64,000 bases of DNA from Alphaproteobacteria bacterium. GTDB lineage: Bacteria; Pseudomonadota; Alphaproteobacteria; MPNO01; UBA830. The stretch lies in assembly GCA_965243135.1 (NCBI GenBank), contig OZ251539.1:1056001-1120000 (forward strand), given 5' to 3'. Position numbers and translations under genes: made by a program. Below the pieces are notes generated by a model. It saw only the letters and a program-made list of their open reading frames with translations, did no database searches and was not told the DNA's origin. Shown piece by piece: positions 39,951 to 49,762 of this stretch; the stretch's first letter is position 1, and the number at the start of each line of letters is the position of its first letter.

Positions 39951-40446
39951 CAAACGCTCATGATCGGCCCCTGCTCGCCCCGTAGCATGTAACTGGTGGT
40001 TTTGCTGGCGTCGCGCCGCTATCATGCGCCGACATAACCGTTCCGGGTTCGGGCGTCGCGGCGCGAAGACAGGGCTATACGGGGCTGCCCTCAGCGTCAC
40101 GCTCCCGAATTCTCGAACGGCCAGTGCCGCCGCGAAAAAAATCTTCGATTCGCGGAACGGTTTTGTGCAGCCGGCAGTTCGGGGTAGTTACACAGCAAAC
40201 GCTCATGATCGGAGCCTGCTCGCCCCGTAGCATGTAACTTTGAGGGTGGTTCTCCCGGCCTCGCGCCGCTATCATGCGCCGACATAACCGTTCCGCGTTC
40301 GGGCGGCGCGAAGACAGGGCTATACGGGGCAGCCCTCAGCGTCACGCTCCCGAATTTTCGAACGGCGAGCGCCGCCGCGAAAAATCGTCGATTCGCGGAA
40401 CGGTTTTGCGCAGCCGGCAGATCGGAGTAGTTACACAGCAAACGCT
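39951..40446 (+). repeat. Tandem duplication of ~245-bp non-coding unit, CAAACGCT at all three junctions
   Basis: Units start 39951 and 40196; third CAAACGCT at 40439; highly similar with small indels. Confidence 0.92.
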
Positions 40447-40529
40447 GCGGTCGCGATAAAGGTTGATTTTATGGACGGCATGCTCGTATCTTTCCTCTTT
40501 CTGTTGCCCGACGGAAAGGCTCGGCCCGA

Positions 40530-40935
40530 GGCGGAAGCGGCAGGTTTTCGTCTCGGAGCCAAGGGTACGCACACCAGCCGGACCATCATGTTGACGGACT
40601 TGGAAACGGTTCTGGACGCGACCGGGATGGATGCCGTGCGGGCCGACTACTTTTCGGTGATCGTCGATTCCAATCGCGTCTCGAAACCACTGCCGCGACG
40701 CGCAGGCTTTTTTTTGCTAGCGGCTGCGCGAGCTTTACGGGCTGGATCCGGCTCTGTTCAGTGCGCTCCGACGCCTTTGGGGCCCGGCCGAAGAATTGTT
40801 CGATGCGCTCGCATCGGAAATGGTCAACGCGACGTACTGCCGCGAGGGATCAACGGACGGATCATCAAGGTCGGCGAAACACCCTGCGCGGTGTCGCCGA
40901 GATGGAGGCGTGAAGCAAGCGTCAGAAGGCGGCAT
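40530..40935 (+). pseudogene. brxA: BREX BrxA-like remnant
   Basis: GFRLGAKGTHTSRTIMLTDL..RADY..IVDSN, then in another frame RLRELYGLDPALFSALRRLW. Confidence 0.65.
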
Positions 40936-40988
40936 TGTCGGCAGCTGTCGCTGATGGCCCGATTCCAGTGAACCGAGGGGGAGCGCCG

Positions 40989-42239
40989 ATGCCTTTCATC
41001 CGAAGTCTCGGTTTGCGGGGCCTGTTGTCCTTCCCGCCCGATATGGAGCCATTCGAGCTCCGGCCGCTGAACGTGTTGATTGGCCCCAACGGGTCCGGCA
41101 AGACGAACCTCATCGAGGCGTTCGAGTTATTGCGCGCGCTGACGACGGATTTCGCCGCGGCGATTTGTGCGGGCGGAGGTGTCGCGGAATGGCTGTGGAA
41201 GGGCGACAACCCGGCGAAAGCAGCGACGGTGGATGTTGAAACCGGAGGCGCCGCGCCGTCGAGCGGCCGGCCGCTGCATTATCGCCTTGAATTCGCTTCG
41301 TCGAACAACCGAGTCGAGGTGCTCGACGAAGAGATTAGTGAGGCTCCCTTCGTTGCCGGCGAGGGGCGTTCGGATTTCTACTACCGTTTCCATCGGGGAA
41401 ACCCGATTATCGGTGTTTCCAGGAAAACCGGGGTAACGAATCTCCCTATCGAGGAGCTTAGCCACATAAGCTCCATCGATGATCAAACTCGAACGCGCGA
41501 GAGCGTCGAAATGCAGATTTCCAAAGATAATCTATCGCCCGATCAATCTATTTTCGCACAGATCAGAGATCCGAATTGGTACCCGGAATTGGCGAGTTTA
41601 AACGACGTCTTTGGAAGGATTAAGACCTTTCGCGGCTGGATTTTCGGCGCCAACTGCGAGGCGCGTCTGCCTCAACGCGCCGATGATCCGCCTGACGAGC
41701 TTTTGTCGAATGCCCGGAATCTTTCGCTTGTGTTGAACGAGATCCGGCATCGTGACTCCCAGAACCTCGATGGCGCGATCAGGCGTTTTCTGCCTCGCTA
41801 CGAGCGCACTTCGACCCGCATCGTCGGCAATACTGTGCAGCTTTTTCTTCATGAACGGGGTTTAAGTGACCCTATCCCGACCACGCGCCTTTCCGACGGA
41901 ACGTTGCGGTTTCTGGCCATTCTCGCCGCTCTGCTCGCGCCGACTCCGCCGTCGCTGCTATGCCTTGAGGAACCCGAGCTCGGAATGCATCCTGATGCTG
42001 TAGCCCTTCTGGCCAAACTTCTTGTGGAAGCGTCTAGCCGGATGCAACTCGTCGTCGCGACCCACTCCGATGCGCTGCTTTCGGCGTTAACCGACCGGAT
42101 CGGTTCGGTTCTGGTCTGCGAGAACAACGGAAACGGCACGATGCTGGAGCGCCTTGACGCCGAAAGGCTCGCTCACTGGTTGGACGAGTACCGATTGGGC
42201 GATCTGTGGCGTATGGGCGAGTTGGGGGGCAATCCGTGA
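40989..42239 (+). CDS. AAA_21/ABC-type ATPase (AbiEii/AriA-like)
   Basis: LNVLIGPNGSGKTN, LSDGTLRFL, EEPELGMHP, VATHS, LGDLWRMGELGGNP. Confidence 0.9.
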   Translation: MPFIRSLGLRGLLSFPPDMEPFELRPLNVLIGPNGSGKTNLIEAFELLRALTTDFAAAICAGGGVAEWLWKGDNPAKAATVDVETGGAAPSSGRPLHYRLEFASSNNRVEVLDEEISEAPFVAGEGRSDFYYRFHRGNPIIGVSRKTGVTNLPIEELSHISSIDDQTRTRESVEMQISKDNLSPDQSIFAQIRDPNWYPELASLNDVFGRIKTFRGWIFGANCEARLPQRADDPPDELLSNARNLSLVLNEIRHRDSQNLDGAIRRFLPRYERTSTRIVGNTVQLFLHERGLSDPIPTTRLSDGTLRFLAILAALLAPTPPSLLCLEEPELGMHPDAVALLAKLLVEASSRMQLVVATHSDALLSALTDRIGSVLVCENNGNGTMLERLDAERLAHWLDEYRLGDLWRMGELGGNP

Positions 42240-42611
42240 ACGCCGTCACGATCCATGCGGGCGACCATGTCGCGGACCGGGGCAATACGACGAACGAGCG
42301 CCTCGCCCTCCGCTTCCGTACAACCGGAAATCATTGCGTTCTGGTTCTCGACGGCGCCGACTGGAACAAAAGCGAGAAGATCCCAGAAAACATAACTCTT
42401 CTGCTGTCCTACGGGCCGGAGCTGAGGAGAATATCGCACTTGAAACAAAGTCGTTTCGCGAACCATACGTTCAAGGAGGTTGCGGAGGTTCGCGACGCTT
42501 GTCAGAAAGGTTGGCTATGTGATTTTCCTGCCGACATAGCTTCTATCGTGAACCGGGATTAAGCTACTATAACGCCCGCCAAACAAGTCATTTAATATCA
42601 GGTTTGGTATT
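42236..42611 (+). mobile_element. IS630-like transposase 3' remnant replacing the AAA_21 partner gene
   Basis: HCVLVLDGADW..IPENITLL..Y.PEL..FANHTF..DAC..W; terminal TTGGTATTA; only MNAVTIH left of partner (overlapping GTGA). Confidence 0.7.
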
Positions 42612-42666
42612 ATGCCCGCGCTTTCAAGGAAGCCGTGCGGGCGCGAGCGGAGGAAGGAGCGGTTCC

Positions 42667-45414
42667 ATGACTTTCCTGCGGCGGGCCACGGACAAATGGC
42701 GCGACGAAATCCCTGGCGTACGCTGGTTCAGGGCCGACCTTCAGGTGCATGCCGCCGCAGACCGCTCGGGAAACGACTCGCGATTGCGCGAGGCCCCGTC
42801 CGGCGGACTGGCGCATTACGAAGATCTGGTGCAATACGCGAGAGTCTTTCTGCGCGCCCTGATCGACCGCGGCATACAGGTCGTCGGTTTGACGCCTCCT
42901 TTGCTGTGTTCCGCCGACGATTGTGAAACCGGCGCGGTGTGGAGCGTTGTGGACGAATGGAATGCTGGAATCGACGAGGATGGAGAACCCTATCGCGACA
43001 AGATCTATGCGGTGTTTCCTGGCTTTCAGCCGTCGTTCCGCGATGGCGAGCGCGGTCTGGAACTTCTCTTCTTGTTCGATCCCGAGATCGGGCGGGAAAG
43101 ATACCTGAACGCTTTTCAGTTGCTCATGGGCGGAATGCCGCCTCGTCGAAATTACGAGTCGCCCGGTAAAACCTTCAGGGACATCTTGGGTAATCTACGG
43201 GATTTTTGGACGGCCGAAAACCGGATCGAGGGCGGCGAACATGCCGTCTGGGACTATCTCGTCCTGGCTCCTCACGTTGAATCCAAAACGGGATTGCTCC
43301 GCGTCGATCGGGCGGAGGAATTGCTTCCGGAGATAAGCGGGCTGCAACTTGGCGACGACCGGATGCCGGAAGATGCGCTGCGGAGTTTCCCCTGGCTTGA
43401 GGAAAGCATGGAACGCTGCCGACAAGGGTTCTTCCATGCGAGCGGCGCCTGCGATCCGGAAAATATCGGCCGCCGATACGCCTGGGCTAAGCTCGCGAGT
43501 CCGCGCGTCGAGGCGCTGCGCCAGGCGTTTGTCGCGAGCGATTCGCGGATGCGTATCGGTTTCGGTAAGGATGGCGTATCCGTCCGGGAGACTGATGGAA
43601 CGCCGGACGTCGCCCTGAACGGACGCCCTTGGCTGAAGGAAATCAGGGTCCGGGGAGGCGCCTCGTTCTTCGGAGGAAAGGAAGGCGGCGAGCTTCGGGA
43701 GACCCGATTTCGGCTCAGTCCCGACTTTACTTGCGTCGTCGGCGGGAGCATGACCGGCAAGAGCGCCTTTCTCGACGGGTTGCGCATCCATGCAGGCGCT
43801 CCTCTCCCTGATGACGACGCGATCCGGGAACAGGTCGAAGCGCGGGGCAAGCTCGTTTTCGGGGCTGGCTTCCCGGATGTCGCGGTGGAGTGCCCGGGCG
43901 CAGATCCCGCGGCTTCGTTCGGCGAGCAATGGCCAGCGCAGTTTTTTTCGCAGAACGAATTGCAGCGTCTCTCGCAAGACCGCGCGGCGGTCGAAGAGAT
44001 ACTTGCGCGGCTGCTTCCGTCGGAAACCGCGAAAATCGCGGATCGCGCAGAAAGGCTTCGGAACTTCGACGAGCGGCTTGTCGAGGTCGCCCGGAACATG
44101 GACAAGCTCGACGATCAGCTCGAGGACGCGGAACAAGCCTGCGACCGCGCAAGAAACGCGAGGCGGGAGCTGGATGCCTTCTCCGGAACCGGCGTCGAGA
44201 GTTTGCACCGCATGGGGCGCGAACGGCGGCTTTGGACCGAATTGCGGCAGTCCGCCGAAGAAATTCGGCAATCCATCCGGGACGCGGCGGAATCTGCCAA
44301 CGTGTTCAAGGTTCCGCAGGTCGGCGAATCGTTGGCGGCGATCCTGAAGGAAGCCGATGTGGACAAACTGACGGCCGGAGGTCGGTGGAGGCGGATCGCG
44401 GATGGTCTCGGCAAGGCCGAACGCGAAGCGCAAGACTGGGGCGTTATGGCCGCCGCGGCGGTCGAAGCCTTGACCGATAGCGAAGTCGAGCTTCGCGCGG
44501 AAGTCGAAAAATCTCTGGCCGAACGCGGCTTCGATGCCGCAAGACTGGAGGAAATCCAGGATCTCAACCGGCGCTCGTCTCTGCTTCCGAGTTACGAGGC
44601 GAACTGCGAGCAGGTCAGGAAGCGCAGAACGGAAAACGAGGGCCTTTTCGTTCGTCTTCTGCAGGAGCGCCGAGCTCTTGTCGAGGAGCAACGCGACGCT
44701 TTCCAGCGCGTGGTCTCGGCGATCGAGGAAGAGTTTCGGGCATGGATTCGAGTGCGTCGCATGGATGATCGCGACCGCCGGCCTCTCGATAGGTTTTTCG
44801 AAGATCTGCGGCAAAGGGGAATCATGCGATGGTGGGACGGGTTGCCGCAGGAGGAAAAACCTTCGCCCGAGGCGCTGATCCGGAATCTCGAAGCGCGTTC
44901 CCTGCGAAAAGTCGGAATGAGCGAGACGGTCGAGGAAAAGTTTCATGAGTGCGTCACCCGGTCTCTGAAACGGAAACTGGCGGCGCTGCGATGTCCCGAC
45001 CGTTACGAGCTGGAACTGCGGATGCCCGATGGATCCTATCGGCGTCTCGACCGACTGTCCGGCGGACAAAGGGTTAGCGTGCTGCTTTCCCTGCTGTTGG
45101 AAACCGGCGATGATCGACCTCTCGTGATCGATCAACCGGAAGACGAGCTCGATAAGCGCTTCCTCCTCGACACGGTTTTGCCCGCGTTAAAGAGGTTGAA
45201 GGGACGGCGGCAAGTTATCGTCGCGACTCACGACGCCAGCATCGTCGTCAACGGAGATGCAGATATGGTGATCGAGCTCGAGGCCACCGCCTATAAGGGC
45301 AGGGTAGTGAGCAACGGCGCCATCGAGGAGCCGGCCGTTCGCGACGCGGTCGTTCGCGCCGTGGACGGCGGCGAGGAGGCTTTTCGTCTTCGGAGGCGCA
45401 AGTACGGTTTCTGA
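42667..45414 (+). CDS. PHP-domain + SMC-like coiled-coil ATPase (TrlF/Ppl-like)
   Basis: N-terminal WFRADLQVH; Walker A GGSMTGKS; long coiled coil; LSGGQR, IDQPEDELD, VATH. Confidence 0.85.
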   Translation: MTFLRRATDKWRDEIPGVRWFRADLQVHAAADRSGNDSRLREAPSGGLAHYEDLVQYARVFLRALIDRGIQVVGLTPPLLCSADDCETGAVWSVVDEWNAGIDEDGEPYRDKIYAVFPGFQPSFRDGERGLELLFLFDPEIGRERYLNAFQLLMGGMPPRRNYESPGKTFRDILGNLRDFWTAENRIEGGEHAVWDYLVLAPHVESKTGLLRVDRAEELLPEISGLQLGDDRMPEDALRSFPWLEESMERCRQGFFHASGACDPENIGRRYAWAKLASPRVEALRQAFVASDSRMRIGFGKDGVSVRETDGTPDVALNGRPWLKEIRVRGGASFFGGKEGGELRETRFRLSPDFTCVVGGSMTGKSAFLDGLRIHAGAPLPDDDAIREQVEARGKLVFGAGFPDVAVECPGADPAASFGEQWPAQFFSQNELQRLSQDRAAVEEILARLLPSETAKIADRAERLRNFDERLVEVARNMDKLDDQLEDAEQACDRARNARRELDAFSGTGVESLHRMGRERRLWTELRQSAEEIRQSIRDAAESANVFKVPQVGESLAAILKEADVDKLTAGGRWRRIADGLGKAEREAQDWGVMAAAAVEALTDSEVELRAEVEKSLAERGFDAARLEEIQDLNRRSSLLPSYEANCEQVRKRRTENEGLFVRLLQERRALVEEQRDAFQRVVSAIEEEFRAWIRVRRMDDRDRRPLDRFFEDLRQRGIMRWWDGLPQEEKPSPEALIRNLEARSLRKVGMSETVEEKFHECVTRSLKRKLAALRCPDRYELELRMPDGSYRRLDRLSGGQRVSVLLSLLLETGDDRPLVIDQPEDELDKRFLLDTVLPALKRLKGRRQVIVATHDASIVVNGDADMVIELEATAYKGRVVSNGAIEEPAVRDAVVRAVDGGEEAFRLRRRKYGF

Positions 45415-45422
45415 GATACAGC

Positions 45423-46622
45423 ATGGAATGGGTCGACATAACGCGGCGCATCGAGGCCGGAGAAGACGAGCGAACCGAATTCAAGCGCGAACTCGGAAAT
45501 CTGTCGGCCGTCGGCAAGGCGATGTGCGCGTTCGCGAACGGGGGCGGAGGCGTCATCGTTCTGGGAGTCGACGACTCGGGAACGATCACGGGAATAGACG
45601 AGGATCCGAATCGCGTGCAGGAAAGGTTGACGAGTTTTTTGCTGACCGGTTGCAGCGGCCCGATATCGGCACGCTGCGGTCGGTACCTGGAGGAAGGTCG
45701 CTGGATCCATTGGATCGAGGTTCCCCCCATTCGCGGTTTCGAACCCCTTCGTTACGGTAAGCGGTACTACGTCAGACTTGCTCGCGGCAGCGTGGAAGCC
45801 GCGCCCCACGAGCGGCAGGAACTCTTCAATGCCTTTGGTTTCGTGTTGACTGAGCAGCAGATAATTGCCGCTGCAAGTATCGACGACATTGATGTTCATG
45901 CTTTTCGTTCTTTTCAGGCGGAACAGGGACTTGTTTTGGACGAGGAGCCGCGACCGCCGTTCGACTTTGACTTGCGGAATGCGGGCGTTCTGCGCGAACG
46001 CGACGGGATGCAACATCCGACGCTGTACGGCCTGATGATTTTCGGCAAGGCCCCTCAGACGCATCCGCAGACCGGGAGTCTCTGGATTCAATGCAGCGCC
46101 TACGAGGGCGAAGACCGGGCCTCGTCGGTAATCCTCGCCGGCGACGCAAAGGGACGTCTGGACGAGCAGGTAAACCGGGCGCGCGGATGGATGGCGAGCT
46201 TGGGCCGAACCGAAACCTACGCGGGTATTTTTCGCGAGGACAGGCCGCTGATTCCCGACAACGTGCTTCGCGAGGCGCTTGTGAACGCCGTCGTTCACCG
46301 GGACTACGCTATCGTCGGCGCGAACGTACTGTTCGAGGTTTTTCGGGATCGGGTGGTCGTCACCAGCCCTGGAACCCTTCCCAATCACATGACGGTTGAA
46401 GAGGTTTTGCACGGCAGCCTTCCGCAGTCGCGCAACGAGTGGATGGCGAATGCCATGGTGGTCAGAAGCCTGATGGAGCGTCGCGGGCGGGGCTGGCCCA
46501 TGATGCGCCGGGAAATGCGGAAGTTCAATCGAACGGAACCCGAACTCGTTCATAGCCGGAACGGCAAGTACGTCAGGGTTACGTTTCGCACGAAACGAAG
46601 TTTTAAGGAAGGCGAAGAGTGA
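45423..46622 (+). CDS. AlbA_2 (Schlafen) domain + HATPase_c_4 (RecG-C-like) protein
   Basis: GEDERTEFK, CAFANGGGG.IVLGVDD, REALVNAVVHRDY, SPG.LP, MERRGRG. Confidence 0.9.
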   Translation: MEWVDITRRIEAGEDERTEFKRELGNLSAVGKAMCAFANGGGGVIVLGVDDSGTITGIDEDPNRVQERLTSFLLTGCSGPISARCGRYLEEGRWIHWIEVPPIRGFEPLRYGKRYYVRLARGSVEAAPHERQELFNAFGFVLTEQQIIAAASIDDIDVHAFRSFQAEQGLVLDEEPRPPFDFDLRNAGVLRERDGMQHPTLYGLMIFGKAPQTHPQTGSLWIQCSAYEGEDRASSVILAGDAKGRLDEQVNRARGWMASLGRTETYAGIFREDRPLIPDNVLREALVNAVVHRDYAIVGANVLFEVFRDRVVVTSPGTLPNHMTVEEVLHGSLPQSRNEWMANAMVVRSLMERRGRGWPMMRREMRKFNRTEPELVHSRNGKYVRVTFRTKRSFKEGEE

Positions 46623-46662
46623 AATCGGCAGTGCGCGGAACCGGGCGTACCAGAGGGGGCCC

Positions 46663-46995
46663 GTGACTTCGGAGACGTTGATCGACGCGATCCGGGAGTC
46701 GATGTCCGCGAGCCTTCGCGGGTCGGATGGCGCGGAGCCGCCCGTCGCCCTTCTCTGGACCGACCTGGATGGCCAGTGGCGGCCGCTGATGCCGACGCTC
46801 ATGGAGTCGCTGCCGGAACTCTATTTGCTCGGCGACTGTGCGCCCGACGAGCCGCAAGGGCCGGTCTTACGCGCTCGGGCTCGACGTGGCGCGCGATGCT
46901 GCGGGCGTTGCGCGGCCGTCGGCTTGAGGCGGACAATTTCGACCGCCTGTCGATCGGCGATCCGATTCGCGACCCGTTGGGCTGGGTGAGCGGCG
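46663..46995 (+). pseudogene. pglZ: BREX PglZ (type B) N-terminal remnant
   Basis: PVALLWTDLDGQWRPLMP.L...LPELYLLG...GP; LRGRRLEADNFDRL.IGDPIRD. Confidence 0.72.
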
Positions 46996-47029
46996 TTCGA
47001 GCGAGCATGTGGTCGGGACCGTTGGACTG

Positions 47030-47447
47030 CGTCTCGCGAGAGCGTGCGGCGAGCAGAACCTGTACGCGGGAGCGAAACAGTTGGTCGGCGACCGCAATCC
47101 GCGGGAGGACGAGTTCACGGTCCAGATGCGCCCGATGGACGCGGACAAGTCGGGCGAGGGGACTGGGCATGCCGGTGCTCGTCGCGTTGTGCGGCGCTCT
47201 CTTGGGCCGCAACACCCGCGGCGGCGCCATCGTCGCTGGAGCGCTCAACCTCGGCGGGTCGATCGAGCTGCTGCCGAACGCCCTGCAGGTTGCCGAACTC
47301 GCCGTCGACAAGCAGGCGCAAACCCTCTTGATGCCGGTATCGGCGCGTCGGCGACTCGACGATCTGCCCGACGAGTTGTGGACCAGAGTGAACATCGAGT
47401 TTTACAGGGACGGTCCGGACGGAGTTCTGAAGGCGCTTCTGGAGTGA
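47030..47447 (+). pseudogene. brxL: BREX BrxL (Lon-like) C-terminal remnant
   Basis: GEQNLY..AKQLVGDRNPREDEFTVQMR; GGAIVAGALNLGGSIE..AVDKQAQTLLMPVSARR.L.DLPDE. Confidence 0.8.
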
Positions 47448-47767
47448 TGCGCGCGGCGTCGACTCCGTGCGTTCGATTTCCCGGCGACCCGGGAGGCGGC
47501 CGGGCGACGCTCTCCGTCGCGGAAAGGGGTTGAAGGGTCGCCCGCCCGGACGCCGCCTCCGGAGACGAGTTCTCCGCGGTTTTCCGATCGATCGCGGCCC
47601 GCCCGCCGAAGCCGGAAAGGGCTTGCCGCTCCGCGTCCGAACGCCGATTGCGGCCCGTCTCGGGCGATCCGTTGCGAACCGGAGGTGTCCGGCGAAGCGC
47701 CGCCGGGCGACGACCGGCGGGAATTCGGGTATGGATAACCGGAATAGCCGGACAACAGGGAAAAATT

Positions 47768-48196
47768 ATGCCTGAAAACGTCGTTTCCAAAGATGCCTTG
47801 CAGGAGCGGATGAGCGCCAACCCGTTCAACAGCTGGATGGGAATGAAAATCGAGAGCCTGACCGAGACCGAGATAGAGGTCTCCGTCAGGTGGCGCGAGG
47901 AGATGATTTCCAATCCCGAGGCGCGCTACACTCACGGCGGCATCCTCGGCGCGATCGTCGATACCGTCGCGGACTACATGATCGCGGCGAAGGTTGGCTT
48001 GCCGGTGCCGACGGTCGACATGCGCATCGATTATCATCGCGCGGCCGCTCCCGGCGACCTCAGATGCACGGGTCGGATCGTCCGGCTCGGCGGCACGAAT
48101 TCCGTCGCCGAGGGATACGTCTACGATGCCGATGGCGCGTTGATCGCGAGCGGTCGGGGAACCTACTTCACGGCGGCCGCCCGGCCGCGGCGCTGA
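47768..48196 (+). CDS. PaaI family thioesterase
   Basis: HGGILGAIVD, PTVDMRIDYHR. Confidence 0.88.
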   Translation: MPENVVSKDALQERMSANPFNSWMGMKIESLTETEIEVSVRWREEMISNPEARYTHGGILGAIVDTVADYMIAAKVGLPVPTVDMRIDYHRAAAPGDLRCTGRIVRLGGTNSVAEGYVYDADGALIASGRGTYFTAAARPRR

Positions 48197-48201
48197 AAGG
48201 A

Positions 48202-49188
48202 ATGGCGCGTCTGCGGATCTCCGTGTGCACGGGCCCGTACGATCGCGTGCGCGCGCTCGCGGACGGGCGGGTCGGCATCGAGGGATGCGACGTCAACTAC
48301 CTCGCGATGAACCCCGAACAGGCGTTCTTCCGCGCCTGGAACAATCTCGAATTCGACGTCGCCGAGCTCTCCGCCTCCAGCTACGTCCTCGCGCGTTCGA
48401 TCGGATGGGACGAATACGTGGCCGTTCCCGTGTTCCCGTCGCGCATGTTCCGTCATTCCGGGATCTACGTCCGGAGCGGCGCGGGCATCGAGGGGCCGGA
48501 GGATCTGAAGGGCAGGGAAGTAGGCGTGCCCGTCTACGCGATGACCGCGGCGCTTTGGATAAGGGGCATTCTGCAGGACGACTACGGCGTCGCTCCGTCG
48601 GACGTTCACTGGCGCACGGGCGGGTTGGAGGAGCCCGGCCGCAAGCCCAAGTTCCCGCCGGCGCTGCCGCCCGAAATCAGGGTTTCGCCTGTTCCCGACG
48701 ACAAGACGTTGTCGGCGATGCTGGCCTCGGGGGAGATCGCCGCGCTGGTTTCGGCGCGGGCGCCGTCCTGCTTCGGGACGCGCGGCGTTTCGCGCCTGTT
48801 CCCGGATTTCCGCAAAGCCGAGCGGGATTGGTACGCCCGAACCGGACTGTTCCCGATCATGCATCTCCTGGCGATCAGAAAGCCGCTCGCCGACGAACAT
48901 CCCTGGTTGCCGGCGAGCGTGCTGAAGGCGTTCGTCGAAGCCAGGGATTCGTGCCTGAGGGAACTTGCGGACGTAACGGCGCTCGCCGCGACGGTGCCGT
49001 GGCTGGCGGCCGAACTGGCCGAGACGCGCGCGCTTATGGGAGACGACTTCTGGGCCTACGGATTCCGGGAGAACGTCGCGGAACTCGAGACGATGTGCCG
49101 ATGGTCGCATGCCCAGGGACTGGCGGCCAGGGAGATGAGGCCGGAAGAATTGTTCCACCCTGCGACGCTCGACAGGGCGCGGATCTGA
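48202..49188 (+). CDS. 4,5-dihydroxyphthalate decarboxylase-like / periplasmic-binding-fold protein
   Basis: YDRVRAL, FDVAELS, PVFPSRMFRHS, TAALWIRG, FPIMH; no signal peptide. Confidence 0.8.
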   Translation: MARLRISVCTGPYDRVRALADGRVGIEGCDVNYLAMNPEQAFFRAWNNLEFDVAELSASSYVLARSIGWDEYVAVPVFPSRMFRHSGIYVRSGAGIEGPEDLKGREVGVPVYAMTAALWIRGILQDDYGVAPSDVHWRTGGLEEPGRKPKFPPALPPEIRVSPVPDDKTLSAMLASGEIAALVSARAPSCFGTRGVSRLFPDFRKAERDWYARTGLFPIMHLLAIRKPLADEHPWLPASVLKAFVEARDSCLRELADVTALAATVPWLAAELAETRALMGDDFWAYGFRENVAELETMCRWSHAQGLAAREMRPEELFHPATLDRARI

Positions 49189-49264
49189 GCGGCGGCCCGC
49201 GCGGCGTTTCGCGGCCGACCGAATTGCCTTATGATTCGCCGAACGAGGACGAGAGTTTCATGGC

Positions 49265-49744
49265 ATGAGCATTGATCAAAGGGAGTTGCGCAACGCCTTC
49301 GGATGTTTCGCGACCGGAGTTACGATCGTTACGACCCTGGACAGGGACGGGGACCGGGTGGGAATCACCGCCAACTCCTTCACCTCCCTTTCTCTGGAGC
49401 CTCCGCTGGTGCTGTTTTGCGTCGGCTCGGCCATCAACAGCTTTCAGGCGTTCGAAAGTTGCCGCCATTTCAACGTCAACGTCCTGCGGGAGGACCAGAT
49501 GGATCTCTCCCGCAACTTCGCCCGGACGAGCGACGACAAGTGGCAGGACGTCGAACATGGATACGGCGAGAACGGCTGCCCTTCGTTCGGAGACGCCCTC
49601 GCCACGCTCGAATGCGACAAGCATGCGATGTACGAGGGCGGCGACCACCTGATCATGGTCGGGCGCGTCACTAGGCTGGTTTACGACAACGGAGACTGCC
49701 GTCCGCTGCTCTACTACAGGGGCGATTACGCCCGGCTTGACTGA
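49265..49744 (+). CDS. Flavin reductase family protein
   Basis: FATGVTIVT, TANSFTSLSLEPPLV, GGDH. Confidence 0.92.
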   Translation: MSIDQRELRNAFGCFATGVTIVTTLDRDGDRVGITANSFTSLSLEPPLVLFCVGSAINSFQAFESCRHFNVNVLREDQMDLSRNFARTSDDKWQDVEHGYGENGCPSFGDALATLECDKHAMYEGGDHLIMVGRVTRLVYDNGDCRPLLYYRGDYARLD

Positions 49745-49762
49745 GCCGGGACGTTTTCTTCG

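Noticed and set aside
39951-40446. Integron attC cassette array
   Set aside because: ACATAAC/GTTACAC do not fit RYYYAAC/GTTRRRY, no cassette ORFs and no integrase visible
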